Shown: positions 21,218 through 31,631 of the stretch, piece after piece | Position numbering within the stretch: the stretch's first letter is position 1 | Layout of the letters: each line of letters begins with the position of its first letter | Assembly (NCBI GenBank): GCA_963751645.1 | Contig: CAVVVD010000007.1 | Span: forward strand, 327,841 to 391,840 | Source of the DNA: Methanomassiliicoccaceae archaeon | Lineage (GTDB): Archaea > Thermoplasmatota > Thermoplasmata > Methanomassiliicoccales > UBA472 | Direction of reading: 5' to 3' | DNA length: 64,000 bases | Program-made: the position numbers and the translations under genes | Notes under the pieces: generated by a model | Seen by the model: the letters and a program-made list of their open reading frames with translations, nothing else | Databases searched by the model: none | What the model was told of the DNA's origin: nothing

Positions 21218-21622
21218 TCACCTCTCCAACAGGGACAGGGCCCCGGTGGGGCAAGCGTCCAGGCACAAACCGCACGCGATGCACCTATCGCTGTGGAAGA
21301 CGACCTTGTAGTCGTCACCTTTCTCAAGGGTGTATGATTCGAAGGGGCAGATGGACACGCACATGCCACAATCGCTACATCGTTCCTCGTCCTTCTTTAC
21401 AAGGCTGAGGAGCTCCTTGACCTCGACCTTCGAATCCCTCAGGTAGTTCAATCCTTCCTCCCGTCGGGCGCCATCTATCTCCAGGAGCAGGTGTCCGCCC
21501 TGCTCGTTGATGTCCGCTCTGAGTATGTTGATCTCCAGGTCGAAGTCTCGGACCAACCGGAAGGTGACTGGCTCCTTTATCAGCCTCGGGGAGAAGTCCA
21601 GTACATAGACGTTCTTGCCCAT
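21218..21622 (-). CDS. NIL-domain 2x[4Fe-4S] ferredoxin, partner of the DUF39 sulfurtransferase
   Basis: INILRA; CSDCGMCVSICP and CIACGLCLDACP. Confidence 0.88.
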   Translation of the reverse strand: MGKNVYVLDFSPRLIKEPVTFRLVRDFDLEINILRADINEQGGHLLLEIDGARREEGLNYLRDSKVEVKELLSLVKKDEERCSDCGMCVSICPFESYTLEKGDDYKVVFHSDRCIACGLCLDACPTGALSLLER

Positions 21623-22800
21623 CAGATCCCCTCCACGACGCTGCGGACCTCAAGGGCCCTCTGTGCCTGTTCCTGGGGCAATGGCTCTACCGGTTGGCTG
21701 ATGAGGAACTGTCCTTTGGTTATCCAGCTTTTCAATGTATCGGCGATCTTGCGCGCCTTGCGATAGCTGGATAACGACGAGGTGCGCACCATCTTACCGT
21801 TGATATCGATGGTCCCGCTGCGAAGCTCCGCATAGCTGACCTCTTTGATCGGTTTGCGCGCCCTTGTCTGATAGGCATAGTCCAGGACGGGTGCGAATAT
21901 CTCAGCGTCTGAGACAGCCGCCGCCCTCAGGACCTCCTCGTCCAGTATGGGGATGGGGACACCGATGCCCACACATAGCGAGGTCCCATACTTGTGGAAA
22001 TATAACGACTCCAGGTACTCTGGGCTCATCTGCTTCAGGTCCCCCGACACGGCAAGGGCCCTGGCCGCGGCTTTGGGCACCCCATTGTGCAATGGCACAT
22101 TGGTCTTGTACTGGGTACCTTCCCAGGATACGTATCCTATACCGCCTCCCAAGAATATCCGAGTACCGATCCCTATGGTGCGCAGGGTCGGGTCGTTCAA
22201 CAATGGTGACAGTTGACCCGCGCTGCAGTAGGTGGCATTACCGAAATGAGGGAGCAGCTTGCCCATGTATGTGTACAGGGTCTTATCCGTACTATTTGTG
22301 GCAACGGCATAGTTCTGATACATGTTGCGTGGGTTGTACAGATACGCCTGGTTGATGTTCTTGAGCGAGATCCAGGTATCGATCTCCCTACGAGGATAGC
22401 AGTCCGTTCCATATGCTGTGGCACGAAGTCTAACGGAATCCCCTTTGACCAGATCCTCGATGACATGGGCGCCACCGTAGCTCAAACCGTCCCCCTCGCG
22501 TAGCTCCGTGGCACCGATATATGCGTCCACCGCTGCCAACCCAGTATAGGCCGGGACATCGTTGAGCCACACCTTCTGCATCTTGATCGGCGGTTCTGCA
22601 TGACCGAAATTAAGGAATGCACCGGAGGAGCACATGGCCCCGAAGGTGCCGGTGGTGACTACGTCAACCTCTTTGGTCGCCTTCTCTAAGCCCTTTTCCT
22701 TGACCAGGTCGATGACCTCTTCCGCCGTAAGTACGACGGCATCACCGCTCTTGATCTTGGTATTGATCTCCTCCACTGTTCTTTTCATTTTCTCACTCAT
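21622..22800 (-). CDS. DUF39 homocysteine biosynthesis protein (L-aspartate semialdehyde sulfurtransferase type), no CBS domains
   Basis: RTVEEINTKI, VDVVTTGTFGAMCSSG, YGGAHVIEDL, TDCYPR, NPRN.YQNY, GQLSPLLNDP. Confidence 0.88.
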   Translation of the reverse strand: MSEKMKRTVEEINTKIKSGDAVVLTAEEVIDLVKEKGLEKATKEVDVVTTGTFGAMCSSGAFLNFGHAEPPIKMQKVWLNDVPAYTGLAAVDAYIGATELREGDGLSYGGAHVIEDLVKGDSVRLRATAYGTDCYPRREIDTWISLKNINQAYLYNPRNMYQNYAVATNSTDKTLYTYMGKLLPHFGNATYCSAGQLSPLLNDPTLRTIGIGTRIFLGGGIGYVSWEGTQYKTNVPLHNGVPKAAARALAVSGDLKQMSPEYLESLYFHKYGTSLCVGIGVPIPILDEEVLRAAAVSDAEIFAPVLDYAYQTRARKPIKEVSYAELRSGTIDINGKMVRTSSLSSYRKARKIADTLKSWITKGQFLISQPVEPLPQEQAQRALEVRSVVEGI

Positions 22801-22860
22801 TCTTGTCCATATGTTCATTTTTCCGTCACTTAATGCTTATTTTAGACGCTAAAAACATCG

Positions 22861-22884
22861 TAACAATTGTTAATATTTATAAAT
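22861..22884 (-). promoter_or_regulatory. TATA box plus perfect palindrome upstream of the sulfur operon
   Basis: TTTATAAA (22876-22883) followed on the minus strand by TAACAATTGTTA (22861-22872). Confidence 0.5.
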
Positions 22885-23014
22885 TACCGCTTAGATTATT
22901 CCTAAATGAATAATCATATGGAATATGGTCCGATCTTCCAGAACCCGACCCCCATCAATAAAAGGTGGATGGTCGATCACATCGGTGTTCGACCCCAAAA
23001 TTCGTTAATTGATT

Positions 23015-23329
23015 TCACTTCGCGTGCTTGATCATGTCCCAGGTCTGCTTGAAGTCCACCACAGGGAAGGTCTTGATGTTCTGGAACGCCATCATCGCCA
23101 TGGTCTCCGGGGTCATGGAAAGGCCTATCATGGCCTCCATGCTCGGTGTGTCGAATAACATAAAGACCAAGTGGTTAGGATGGTCCGTCCAAAATCCGAC
23201 CATCTTTACACCGAACTTTGCACAATTGGCCTCCGCGCTCTCGAACCATTTCAATGTTACTGCCCTAAACTTGTCGTTATAGGCAGGACAGACCTCAGGA
23301 CTGTGCTTTGCTACCTGCATTACCAACAT
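23015..23329 (-). CDS. Hypothetical protein (GYD/DUF3303-like)
   Basis: Clean 104-aa ORF with H..E.CP motif; family call tentative. Confidence 0.6.
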   Translation of the reverse strand: MLVMQVAKHSPEVCPAYNDKFRAVTLKWFESAEANCAKFGVKMVGFWTDHPNHLVFMLFDTPSMEAMIGLSMTPETMAMMAFQNIKTFPVVDFKQTWDMIKHAK

Positions 23330-23761
23330 TTTTCATTCTCCTTCTTTTTGCCGAATCTTTCATCCATCTGTTATACCGTGTTTCAAGGGAATCTCATCAC
23401 TCCTGTAACTGCAAATATGACCTTCTTCCTTCGTTTCCGATCCGATTATAGTCCTATCTCACCTCCTCTTTTTATATCCAATAATTAAACTATTATATGA
23501 TATTATAAACGATTGAGCTATTCAAGCTTATAGTAAACTGACAAAAACAAAAAAAGGACACAAGATATAATTATTTTTATCATCGAAGTCCACGAATGTG
23601 TGGTCCAAGAGCATATGGAAGGAAATGCAATCATCTGGTTTAGCATGTGAGGGTGCTGCACCTCCATAATGATATCTTGATGATTCCAGGAGGCCAATAT
23701 TCAAGTGTTTCGATCGATGCGTCATTCATCAAAAATCATATCGCTGGGATGTAAGAATGAG

Positions 23762-23834
23762 TGGGCTCAGCCGGATTCGAACCGGCGACCTACGCCGTGT
23801 AAGGGCGTCGTCATGACCGCTAGACCATGAGCCC
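23762..23834 (-). tRNA. tRNA-Val(TAC)
   Basis: Reverse complement GGGCTCATGGTCTAG...ACGCC-CT-TAC-AC-GGCGT...GGTTCGAATCCGGCTGAGCCCA. Confidence 0.93.
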
Positions 23835-23916
23835 GGATGGGACCCAACATTCGCTGTACGATAATAAAGCTTGCCGAAAAAATGAAAAAAGAAGGGGTTT
23901 GCGGCAACCAGCGGCA

Positions 23917-26007
23917 TCATCGCTTGGCGGGGACCGGGCTGCCAACGATCCCGAAATCATAGTCCACGCTACCAAGGTTCGGGCTGATCACGATGCAGGC
24001 CGACTTGAGGGTGGAAAGTTGCCAGATACGGTACAAGGCGTCGTTGTATCCGTTCACCTTGAGGTCGATGACGCTCACTGGCCGGTCCCATCGGTACATG
24101 ACCAAGGTCACGATCCATGAGACGTCGGGGTAGACCGGATCGAAGGTGTTGAGATCGATGTTCAGCCCGTCCACTACCACCTCGTTGATGGACCAGCCCT
24201 CACCAGTGGTCCCCCAGTCGGTCATGTAGCGGAACTGCACCCATACCTTCTTGCCATTGTACTCGGACAGGTCGAAGTTCAACCAGGTCCAATCCCCACT
24301 ACTTCCTGTGAACCCCGGTAGTTGGTCTGGAATGGACGGGTATAGCTCTTGGTTAGCGGCCTGCGCCTCCTCCGCGGTGACCGTAACCCCCTCCAGGGAC
24401 AGGGATGTCCATGTCTTCCCATCAGTGGAAACCTGCACCATGCCATAGTCCCAATCCGGTTCGATGTCGTACCAGGTATAGATGGACAATGAATGGTCCG
24501 GTCCGCGTTGGCTGAGGTCGATCTGTCCCCGCAGTTGTAGGTCGCTCTCGTCGTTCGCGCCTGACCACCAGGACCCATCCATCAATTCCCATCCCTTGCT
24601 GGTATCCTTGTCATCGCCGCTGAAGGTGAACTTGGAGTTCAATCGTTGCTTGACCCTCATCTTGTCCTGGGTGACGTAGATGTAGTCAGTCCCATAGGCG
24701 CCAACGGTGGTGGTGGCAGTATCCCCGTCATAGTAATCGGAACGTGAGACCAACCCCGCACTCTGTCCATAGTTCAACAGCGCTAAGGATGAATAGTCGT
24801 CCAGATCGATGGACTTGTAGTTGTACAGGCCATTTCCAGGCGTATTGGCATGGATGAGATTGGCCAATCTCCAGGACTTGAAGACCTTCTCGAAGTTCCA
24901 GCTCTCATGACCGCTCATCTTCAGGGTATCGGTCACAGAGTCTGTCCCGGTCTTGTTATTGTTGAACAGATCTTGAATGATGGTCGAACCTCCGAAATGG
25001 TCGTTCAGGTACATCATGAACAGGACAGTGGCACCATAATCGGCCAGGATATTATCGTCGCCCTGGTCGTTCCACATCGTCAATGAGTTGCTAGGGTCCT
25101 GCAAGTACTCGCTGATGTGGCTGGCCATGGCCTTGCCATATCCACAGAGGAACTCAGCGTAGTCAGCGCAACCCTCGTTGATCCAGGTCTCCTCGGATGA
25201 ATCAACGAAGTCGTGCAAAAGGTGCTGGTACTCGTGGGCCACAACCCCTTCGTACAGGAATGGTCGCCTTGAGTCGTTCCCGGTCCGGTTGGCCCAGTCC
25301 CTGCAATCGATATTGATCATGTTACGGTCATATTGCATAGCCATGGTCGATGAGTAATATCCAGAGATGTAGATCGGGTAGGTCGGGTCGTAGAAGTTCT
25401 CATCGCGGATATTGGAGATCATTATCATGGTCTTGTGACCGTCGGTCGTGTTGAATGTGTCAACATCTCCATAGTAGTCAACGATCACAGCGTTGGACCC
25501 GTTAAAGATGGGCGCCTCCGAGAAGAAGTCCGTCTCTATAGGGTAGATATTCTCATCGAACTGGTCAATCATATAGTCGACCTGCTCGTCCGTGATAGAG
25601 TATTGGGACGTGAAAGCGTTCCGGGGATCCCCCCAGGGGTAGCTCATGTTATCCTGCACCCATATCTCGCAATTGATCCCCTCCCCGCGCTTCACCATGT
25701 CAACTTGGTCATAATCATCGGTGTAATCGTTTGAGATCAAATAGCCCTTCACAGTTCCATTGGAATCCCCCGCGTTCACATCTTCGACGATGGGAGCGGC
25801 GGAGTTCGCGTCACGAACACCTTGGAAATATCCAGACATTTTTGACCAAGCGAACTTATCTGGACTGAACATCATCGGCTCTGGCTCTGGATAACTCGTC
25901 CCTATCTTCTCGGCCTCAGAATCTTGAGGCACCAATATCACCATGGCCGTGAGAACCATAAGTAAGACGGTGACCAGACTGAACAACTTCACTGTAACGC
26001 TCTTCAA
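23917..26007 (-). CDS. Secreted Zn metallopeptidase (HExxH...NEG) with immune-inhibitor-A-type MAM-like domain
   Basis: N-terminal signal-like helix; AHEYQH, WINEGCA; WYDIEPDWDYGMVQVSTDG, FDLSEY.G, FRYMTD. Confidence 0.8.
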   Translation of the reverse strand: MKSVTVKLFSLVTVLLMVLTAMVILVPQDSEAEKIGTSYPEPEPMMFSPDKFAWSKMSGYFQGVRDANSAAPIVEDVNAGDSNGTVKGYLISNDYTDDYDQVDMVKRGEGINCEIWVQDNMSYPWGDPRNAFTSQYSITDEQVDYMIDQFDENIYPIETDFFSEAPIFNGSNAVIVDYYGDVDTFNTTDGHKTMIMISNIRDENFYDPTYPIYISGYYSSTMAMQYDRNMINIDCRDWANRTGNDSRRPFLYEGVVAHEYQHLLHDFVDSSEETWINEGCADYAEFLCGYGKAMASHISEYLQDPSNSLTMWNDQGDDNILADYGATVLFMMYLNDHFGGSTIIQDLFNNNKTGTDSVTDTLKMSGHESWNFEKVFKSWRLANLIHANTPGNGLYNYKSIDLDDYSSLALLNYGQSAGLVSRSDYYDGDTATTTVGAYGTDYIYVTQDKMRVKQRLNSKFTFSGDDKDTSKGWELMDGSWWSGANDESDLQLRGQIDLSQRGPDHSLSIYTWYDIEPDWDYGMVQVSTDGKTWTSLSLEGVTVTAEEAQAANQELYPSIPDQLPGFTGSSGDWTWLNFDLSEYNGKKVWVQFRYMTDWGTTGEGWSINEVVVDGLNIDLNTFDPVYPDVSWIVTLVMYRWDRPVSVIDLKVNGYNDALYRIWQLSTLKSACIVISPNLGSVDYDFGIVGSPVPAKR

Positions 26008-26231
26008 GTCCTATCCTCCTCTCTGAATTTTATCAGTGGGCGAAAATGGCCCTCTGAGTGCTTAATATTCCTGGGAGGAGGATTAGAGATATTTCTTAAT
26101 TATGTACCGATCATTGAAGATGATGGACCTTTAAATGCTCCAGGACGAGGAAAGATCACGGCCGACCTAATGGAAACTATGATAATGGCTACCTACATTC
26201 CATTCATGGATCGGTTCGGAGAGTAAAGCAG

Positions 26232-26819
26232 TTGAGCGATGGGTTCAGAGCGAAGATGCGGAAGGCGTTGTCCGCCCCAGATATTATGCCGGCCATGCGT
26301 CGCTATTTCGTGAACACGGTGTTCGACGCCACCTTCGTGATGTTGGGCATCGTGATCGGGTCCGCCTTCACCAACGAGTCGCAGATGGTGGTCATAGTCA
26401 CCACCATACTGACCAGCGCCGTCGCGCTCTCGATATCCACCGGTTCAAGCGTCTTCGAGGCGGAGAACATGGAACAGGGAAGGCGCATCGATCGTCTAGG
26501 TAGGGCCATGCTATCCGACATGGAGGAGACGGACATAGGTCGCGTCTCACGGGTCGGGACGTCACTCGTAGCATTGTTCAACTCCTTGGCCCCCCTGTTG
26601 GTAGGAGTCCTGATGATGACACCATTCCTCATCATGGGCTCCGACCACGTTCAGGAAGCAGCGGAGGTGGCCATCGGATTGGCCATCGCCACGCTGTTCG
26701 TCACCGGCTTCTTCATGGGCCGTATCGGCAACAAGAACCCCTGGGTCAGAGGGGCCAGGATGGCTGTGATCGGTATGGCGGCCTTCGTGATCTGCTACCT
26801 CATCGGCGGAGCGATCTGA
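26232..26819 (+). CDS. VIT1/CCC1-family membrane protein
   Basis: RRYFVNTVFD, ALSIS, EAE..E; five hydrophobic segments. Confidence 0.78.
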   Translation: MSDGFRAKMRKALSAPDIMPAMRRYFVNTVFDATFVMLGIVIGSAFTNESQMVVIVTTILTSAVALSISTGSSVFEAENMEQGRRIDRLGRAMLSDMEETDIGRVSRVGTSLVALFNSLAPLLVGVLMMTPFLIMGSDHVQEAAEVAIGLAIATLFVTGFFMGRIGNKNPWVRGARMAVIGMAAFVICYLIGGAI

Positions 26820-27866
26820 TCAGCAGATGCGCGGCACCGGGTCTCCGACCGGAGGCTCCAATATGCGCTTGCCGCCCACCTCGGTCCTCATCATCACATG
26901 TTTGGTGCGTTTGCTGGCACAGCCGATGATGGCGGCATCCTTGCCCAATGGGGAGGAGCGCATGACGCGCAGCACCTGCTCGGCCATCTCCGGCACCACC
27001 CCGACCAGGACCTTGCCTTCGTTACCTATGGTAAGAGGGTCCAGGCCCAGCATCTCGCTGGCATTCCTTACCGCGGGGGATAGGGGGATGGCCATCTCCT
27101 CCAGCTCGACCCCCACCTTGGATTTGGACGACCATTCGTTGATGGCGTTGGCAAGACCCCCTCTGGTGGGGTCCTTCATGCATACCACACCCCCGACCTC
27201 GAGGATATTGGCGATGAACTTGTTGAGCGGGGCCACATCGCTCTGCACCTGGCTCTCGAAACCATAGCCCTCTCGGAAGGAGAGCAGGGCGATGCCATGG
27301 TCTCCCATGTTCCCCGAGGCGATCACGATGTCCCCGTCCCGAAGGTTGTCGTCGGTGAGCCATTGGGAATCGACCTTGCGATGTTGCGAGGCGATGCGGT
27401 GGTTATGGTCCATGAATGGGCTCCTCCGACCGATGGCCGCGGTGGTGATGACCATCTTGTCGATCGCCCCCGATTCCATGACCTTGGTGTCGCCAGTGAC
27501 GATAGGGACGCCCGCCATCTCCGAATGTCTCCCCATGCTCTCCATGACCTTCTCCAGGACATCCAGCTCCAGACCCTCCTCCAGGACAAGGGCCGATGAG
27601 AGGGCCAGGGGCTCTCCTCCCATGACCGAGATGTCATTGATGGTCCCGCAGACGGACAGGGCGCCGATGTCCCCTCCCGGGAAGAACAACGGTTTCACCG
27701 TATGGGCATCGGTGGTGAACACGATGCCATTGACGACGGCCGAATCGTCGAAGGAGTCGAGAGGCACGTCGGTCTTGAACTTGGGGAGGTGGGGGGCGAT
27801 ATGCCTGGCTATGAGCTCCTGCATGAGCTCCCCGCCGGCACCATGGCCCATGGTCACGCGCTTCAT
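26820..27866 (-). CDS. hypE: Hydrogenase maturation carbamoyl dehydratase
   Basis: MGHGAGG, TTDAHTVKPLFFPGGDIG, GDTKV, DPTRGG, NEGK, C-terminal PRIC. Confidence 0.93.
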   Translation of the reverse strand: MKRVTMGHGAGGELMQELIARHIAPHLPKFKTDVPLDSFDDSAVVNGIVFTTDAHTVKPLFFPGGDIGALSVCGTINDISVMGGEPLALSSALVLEEGLELDVLEKVMESMGRHSEMAGVPIVTGDTKVMESGAIDKMVITTAAIGRRSPFMDHNHRIASQHRKVDSQWLTDDNLRDGDIVIASGNMGDHGIALLSFREGYGFESQVQSDVAPLNKFIANILEVGGVVCMKDPTRGGLANAINEWSSKSKVGVELEEMAIPLSPAVRNASEMLGLDPLTIGNEGKVLVGVVPEMAEQVLRVMRSSPLGKDAAIIGCASKRTKHVMMRTEVGGKRILEPPVGDPVPRIC

Positions 27867-28005
27867 GAGCGGTCGATGATTCGACGGAGGTTTAAACCTT
27901 GTCCATTTCAAGGCAGATCGACGTGCACTATCTTGCTCGTCCCCAAGATGATTCTCCTTCCGATCCATAAAAGATAGTTTATCCTATCATCGACCATTAT
28001 CGGCC

Positions 28006-28962
28006 ATGCGCAGGTCGATCGTCCTCGGTTCGTTGATAGTCGCCTCATTGGTCCTGGGGTTCGCATTTCTGGAATATCCCTATAGGCCAGACCAGTACAG
28101 CGACCTGATGTACAAGGCATGGCTCTCCGTGACCGTCCTGGCGGCGCTGTATTTCATATTCCGATTCGTGATCGAGCCTCTGGGGGCGAGGAGGTTCAAG
28201 GACCCCAAGATGAGCTACTCGTTCCGGAAGGTCCTATCGATATTACTGGTCCTGATATCGATCACAGCCTTACTGGCCGTTTGGATCGAGGAGACGCCGA
28301 TCCTGCTGGTCTCCTATGGCCTCATCTTGGCTGGGATCGCGGTGGCCCTCCAAGACCTTTTCAAGAACTTCATGGGGGGTATCATAATCTTCACTACGGG
28401 GTTCTACAACGTCGGGGACAGGGTCGACATCGGCGGCAAACTGGGCGACATCGTCGACATTGGGATCATGTACACCACGCTGTTGGAGACGAAGGGATGG
28501 CTGGAGGGGGAGCAGCCGACGGGGAGGTTGACATCGGTACCCAACGGTCAGATACTTTCACAGGCCGTGAACAACTATACCAAGGACTTCTCATTCGTCT
28601 GGGACGAGCTGGTGATCCCGATCACATATGACAGCGATTGGAAGAAAGCCTCGGCCATCATGAAAGACTCTGCCATCCAAATGAGCCAGGATGACACCAT
28701 CAGCGCGGACCGTGAGCTCGACCAGATCACCGGGAAGTACTACATAACCAAGACCATGGTGGAGCCGGTATCCTACCTGCGTCTGACAGATAACTGGGTG
28801 GAGGTATCTGTCCGTTACATCGTATCACCAAGGAACAGGCGGACGACCAAGTCGAAGTTGTCTCTGATCGTCTCGGACGAGTTCACAAAGGTGGGCAATA
28901 TCCGGATCGCCTCCCAGACCGTGGAGATCGTGAGGTTCCCGGATGCTCCGTGTAAGGAGTGA
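28006..28962 (+). CDS. Small-conductance mechanosensitive channel (MscS family)
   Basis: ALQD...NF.GG, VGDRV, GDIVDIG...TTL, VPNG, NYT, ITYDSD. Confidence 0.88.
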   Translation: MRRSIVLGSLIVASLVLGFAFLEYPYRPDQYSDLMYKAWLSVTVLAALYFIFRFVIEPLGARRFKDPKMSYSFRKVLSILLVLISITALLAVWIEETPILLVSYGLILAGIAVALQDLFKNFMGGIIIFTTGFYNVGDRVDIGGKLGDIVDIGIMYTTLLETKGWLEGEQPTGRLTSVPNGQILSQAVNNYTKDFSFVWDELVIPITYDSDWKKASAIMKDSAIQMSQDDTISADRELDQITGKYYITKTMVEPVSYLRLTDNWVEVSVRYIVSPRNRRTTKSKLSLIVSDEFTKVGNIRIASQTVEIVRFPDAPCKE

Positions 28963-29006
28963 GGACAAAGGCTTATGAACGGGGGGTAAGATAAGGGGGA
29001 CCACCC

Positions 29007-29084
29007 GGGCTCGTAGGGTAGTCTGGATTATCCTTTTAGCCTTCGGAGCTAAAGACCGGGGTTCGAATCCCCGCGGGCCCGCCA
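29007..29084 (+). tRNA. tRNA-Arg(TCG)
   Basis: Acceptor GGGCTCG/CGGGCCC, anticodon arm TTAGC-CT-TCG-GA-GCTAA, GGTTCGAATCC, CCA. Confidence 0.92.
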
Positions 29085-29371
29085 TCATCTATAGCCACTC
29101 ATATTGCGTTTTGACGGAATAGCGGGTCTTTTCGCACTTATCGTCTGGCTCCTGATCGACGCATCTTTTTGAACTGTTCCTTCAACTGATATTGCTTAAG
29201 GAAGAAATGGAGAGGATTTATATGTCACTTAAAAAGCGCACAATGAAAATGGTAAAGAGGTTTTCTAACTACCTTCTTACTTCCCTCTATAACAACGTTC
29301 GGCATTTGTCGAAAGGGTCGATCAGATCAACGGGTTTAATAAAATAAAAAAAGATAGTTAGGGGCCTTTCT

Positions 29372-29833
29372 TCAGGCCGCCTTGGGCTTCCAGATGATGG
29401 CCAGGAGCCCGCCGATCACTCCCATTGCCGAACCGATGATCCACCCACCACCGAAAATGAGCCCGATCAATGAGAATATGATGATGCTAGCCCCTGCCGC
29501 TTTGCGTAGTTCTGGTTTCAACAAAAGGGTGACGGCAGCACCGGCGACGATCGACCCAATGAACAGCAGGATTATACCGACCAGTACCCACGAAAGTCCC
29601 GCCCATATGTCTTCATCGATCGCGTAAAAGATGGAACGGAAGAATATCGCCGCGAGCCCCTCGAAGAACATCAACATCCCACCTAATGCCGCTAGATAAA
29701 ATCCAGCCTTAGGGTAGTTATTGGCCGCTAGCATTTCAGGAGTAATCTTAATCGGTTGCGGCGGAGCTGCAGGTGCTTGCTTTGAAGGCGTAGTTGGTTG
29801 TGTAGGCGTAGTTGGTTGTTCTGTTCCGGTCAT
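29372..29833 (-). CDS. Membrane protein with Pro/Thr-rich N-terminus
   Basis: Four hydrophobic segments ending GGGWIIGSAMGVIGGLLAI; QPTTP repeated twice. Confidence 0.7.
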   Translation of the reverse strand: MTGTEQPTTPTQPTTPSKQAPAAPPQPIKITPEMLAANNYPKAGFYLAALGGMLMFFEGLAAIFFRSIFYAIDEDIWAGLSWVLVGIILLFIGSIVAGAAVTLLLKPELRKAAGASIIIFSLIGLIFGGGWIIGSAMGVIGGLLAIIWKPKAA

Positions 29834-29963
29834 AATCTTCCTCCTTTTTTTCGGTCGGTTTAACCTCGGTAAATTAGCTAGGCCTTTTAAGGGTATTGAA
29901 AAAGGACTAGCGACCGGTCTCCCGATTTTCGATACGGTAACCGGTCATTGTGAGTTTATCGAC

Positions 29964-30539
29964 TTACTTCTTCTTAACCGCTCTCTTCTTCTTCGGCTTT
30001 GCCTTTGCGGTCTTTTTCTTCGCGGCTTTCTCGGCGGCCGCCATGGCACCGATCTGCATATACATGTCCCTGGTCAGCATCCCGTGGCCCAGCATCACTG
30101 CGTTGGAGTCGAGGAGCTGTTGCTTCAGGTCCTTTGCCCAGAGGTGCTCTATGATCATGATCAATGCCGAGCTGTTGTTCGGTATGTCATCGGCTATGCG
30201 GTCCATGTCCTCGTATGTGAACCCGAAGCCATTCTCAATTACCGCTTCCTCTCCCTCGCGGTAGCCGACGTTGGCGCCCTGCTCTCCGGCGGCGCCGAAT
30301 CCCATCAAGGCACCGATACCGGCGCCCAGATCGATCATCTCAGCGTCGCCCAGGTCCGACCCCTCGACCTCGATGAGGTTGCCATCATCATCTTTGGCAA
30401 CGAACATGTAATCGATAAATCTGATGATCCCCTTTTCCCTGGCTTCGTCCAAGGCCGGAAGGATCTGTCCGTTGAATTTATTCCCTGGGAAACCGAACGC
30501 GAACATCTGCAATGGTCCAAACATTACCATATTTTTCAC
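29964..30539 (-). CDS. DUF1269/DUF6325-like protein with Lys/Ala-rich tail
   Basis: GP.Q...GFPG..F.G.I, IR.ID..FV.KD.DG, IEHLWA; tail AAKKKTAKAKPKKKRAVKKK. Confidence 0.72.
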   Translation of the reverse strand: MKNMVMFGPLQMFAFGFPGNKFNGQILPALDEAREKGIIRFIDYMFVAKDDDGNLIEVEGSDLGDAEMIDLGAGIGALMGFGAAGEQGANVGYREGEEAVIENGFGFTYEDMDRIADDIPNNSSALIMIIEHLWAKDLKQQLLDSNAVMLGHGMLTRDMYMQIGAMAAAEKAAKKKTAKAKPKKKRAVKKK

Positions 30540-30643
30540 TCCTTTGTTTCATATAAGTTAGGCATGAGATCCATTTCCGAGACGATCTTGCCTCCGGATT
30601 TAGGACGTCTTTTCAGACTATCATCCCATGATTCAGTAAACTT

Positions 30644-30749
30644 TAAAGTAATATATTATCTTTTACATTACTCGACAATAAAGTAATATAATACTGGTAT
30701 CGTTACTTGTTCCAGCGGCTTTGTGTCGGTATAATGCCCTACTGAGTAG
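30644..30749. promoter_or_regulatory. Candidate TetR operator repeats in divergent intergenic region
   Basis: TAAAGTAATATA at 30644 and 30679; CTACT-G-AGTAG inverted repeat at 30739-30749. Confidence 0.4.
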
Positions 30750-30770
30750 TTTGGCAATTTTTCGGCAAGG

Positions 30771-31418
30771 ATGTCGCTCGGCTCGGGAGGCTACTCATTG
30801 CGAATGCGGTTCGACGACGATCGCCGCCAGGAATTGCTGGATGGCGTGATTGGGATCATCACGGTGCGCGGATTCTCCGAGGTCACGATATCGGAGATGG
30901 CTCATGAGCTGCATTGCTCTGTCTCGTCGCTCTACAAGATCGCCTCGAATAAGGACGGTCTCATCTTGCTTGCCATCACCCGCTGGGGCGAACTCGTCTT
31001 GGAAGATATGGAGGTCCACGCGCTTCGAGGCCAGACCGCCGCAGACAGGGCGCGCCTCTACTGGCAGGCCGGAGTTGAGAGTATCCGCCCCCTGTCCCAT
31101 GAGTTCCGCAAAGACGTCGATCGCTTCGAGTCGGCGCGGTTCGCATATTCCAGCATTTCACAACGTTTTATCGATCGGTTCATTGACCTTCTTGAGGGTG
31201 CGGTAGCGGCAGGGGAGATCAGACCTATGAATACTCGTTTCCTAGCTCAAGTCTTCGCGCAGATAGCCCTTGTGGTCCGTGACGAGCAAGAACTTAGCAA
31301 AAGCGGCCTCACAGCCGCACAGGCGATCCTCGAGGTGGACCACATCATCTGGGATGGAATCCTCAAAGGAGGGAGCGGGGCCGATGGTGTGCCTTCGAGG
31401 GCCCCTCGGGGAAAATGA
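30771..31418 (+). CDS. TetR/AcrR family transcriptional regulator
   Basis: RRQELL...GFSEVTISEMAHELHCSVSSLY..ASNK; GVAAGEIR-like C-terminal motif. Confidence 0.85.
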   Translation: MSLGSGGYSLRMRFDDDRRQELLDGVIGIITVRGFSEVTISEMAHELHCSVSSLYKIASNKDGLILLAITRWGELVLEDMEVHALRGQTAADRARLYWQAGVESIRPLSHEFRKDVDRFESARFAYSSISQRFIDRFIDLLEGAVAAGEIRPMNTRFLAQVFAQIALVVRDEQELSKSGLTAAQAILEVDHIIWDGILKGGSGADGVPSRAPRGK

Positions 31419-31631
31419 ATGCACAGTTGATGCTAGAACACTGCTATTAGATGATCTTGCATTATTCACCCTGTTAAGAAACCCTTCTGGATTAAGAAGA
31501 TTGCGGTTTACTATTTGACCTGCATTTGATATTTTACAATAGGTAATTCATAATAGGGATCATCCACTGGAATTAGGTTTAAAAAAATATATGGAAAGAG
31601 GTTTGAAAGATGTTTTGCCGTTACCACCCGC

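Noticed and set aside
29786-29820. Short tandem repeat encoding QPTTP twice
   Set aside because: Ordinary low-complexity linker within a membrane protein.
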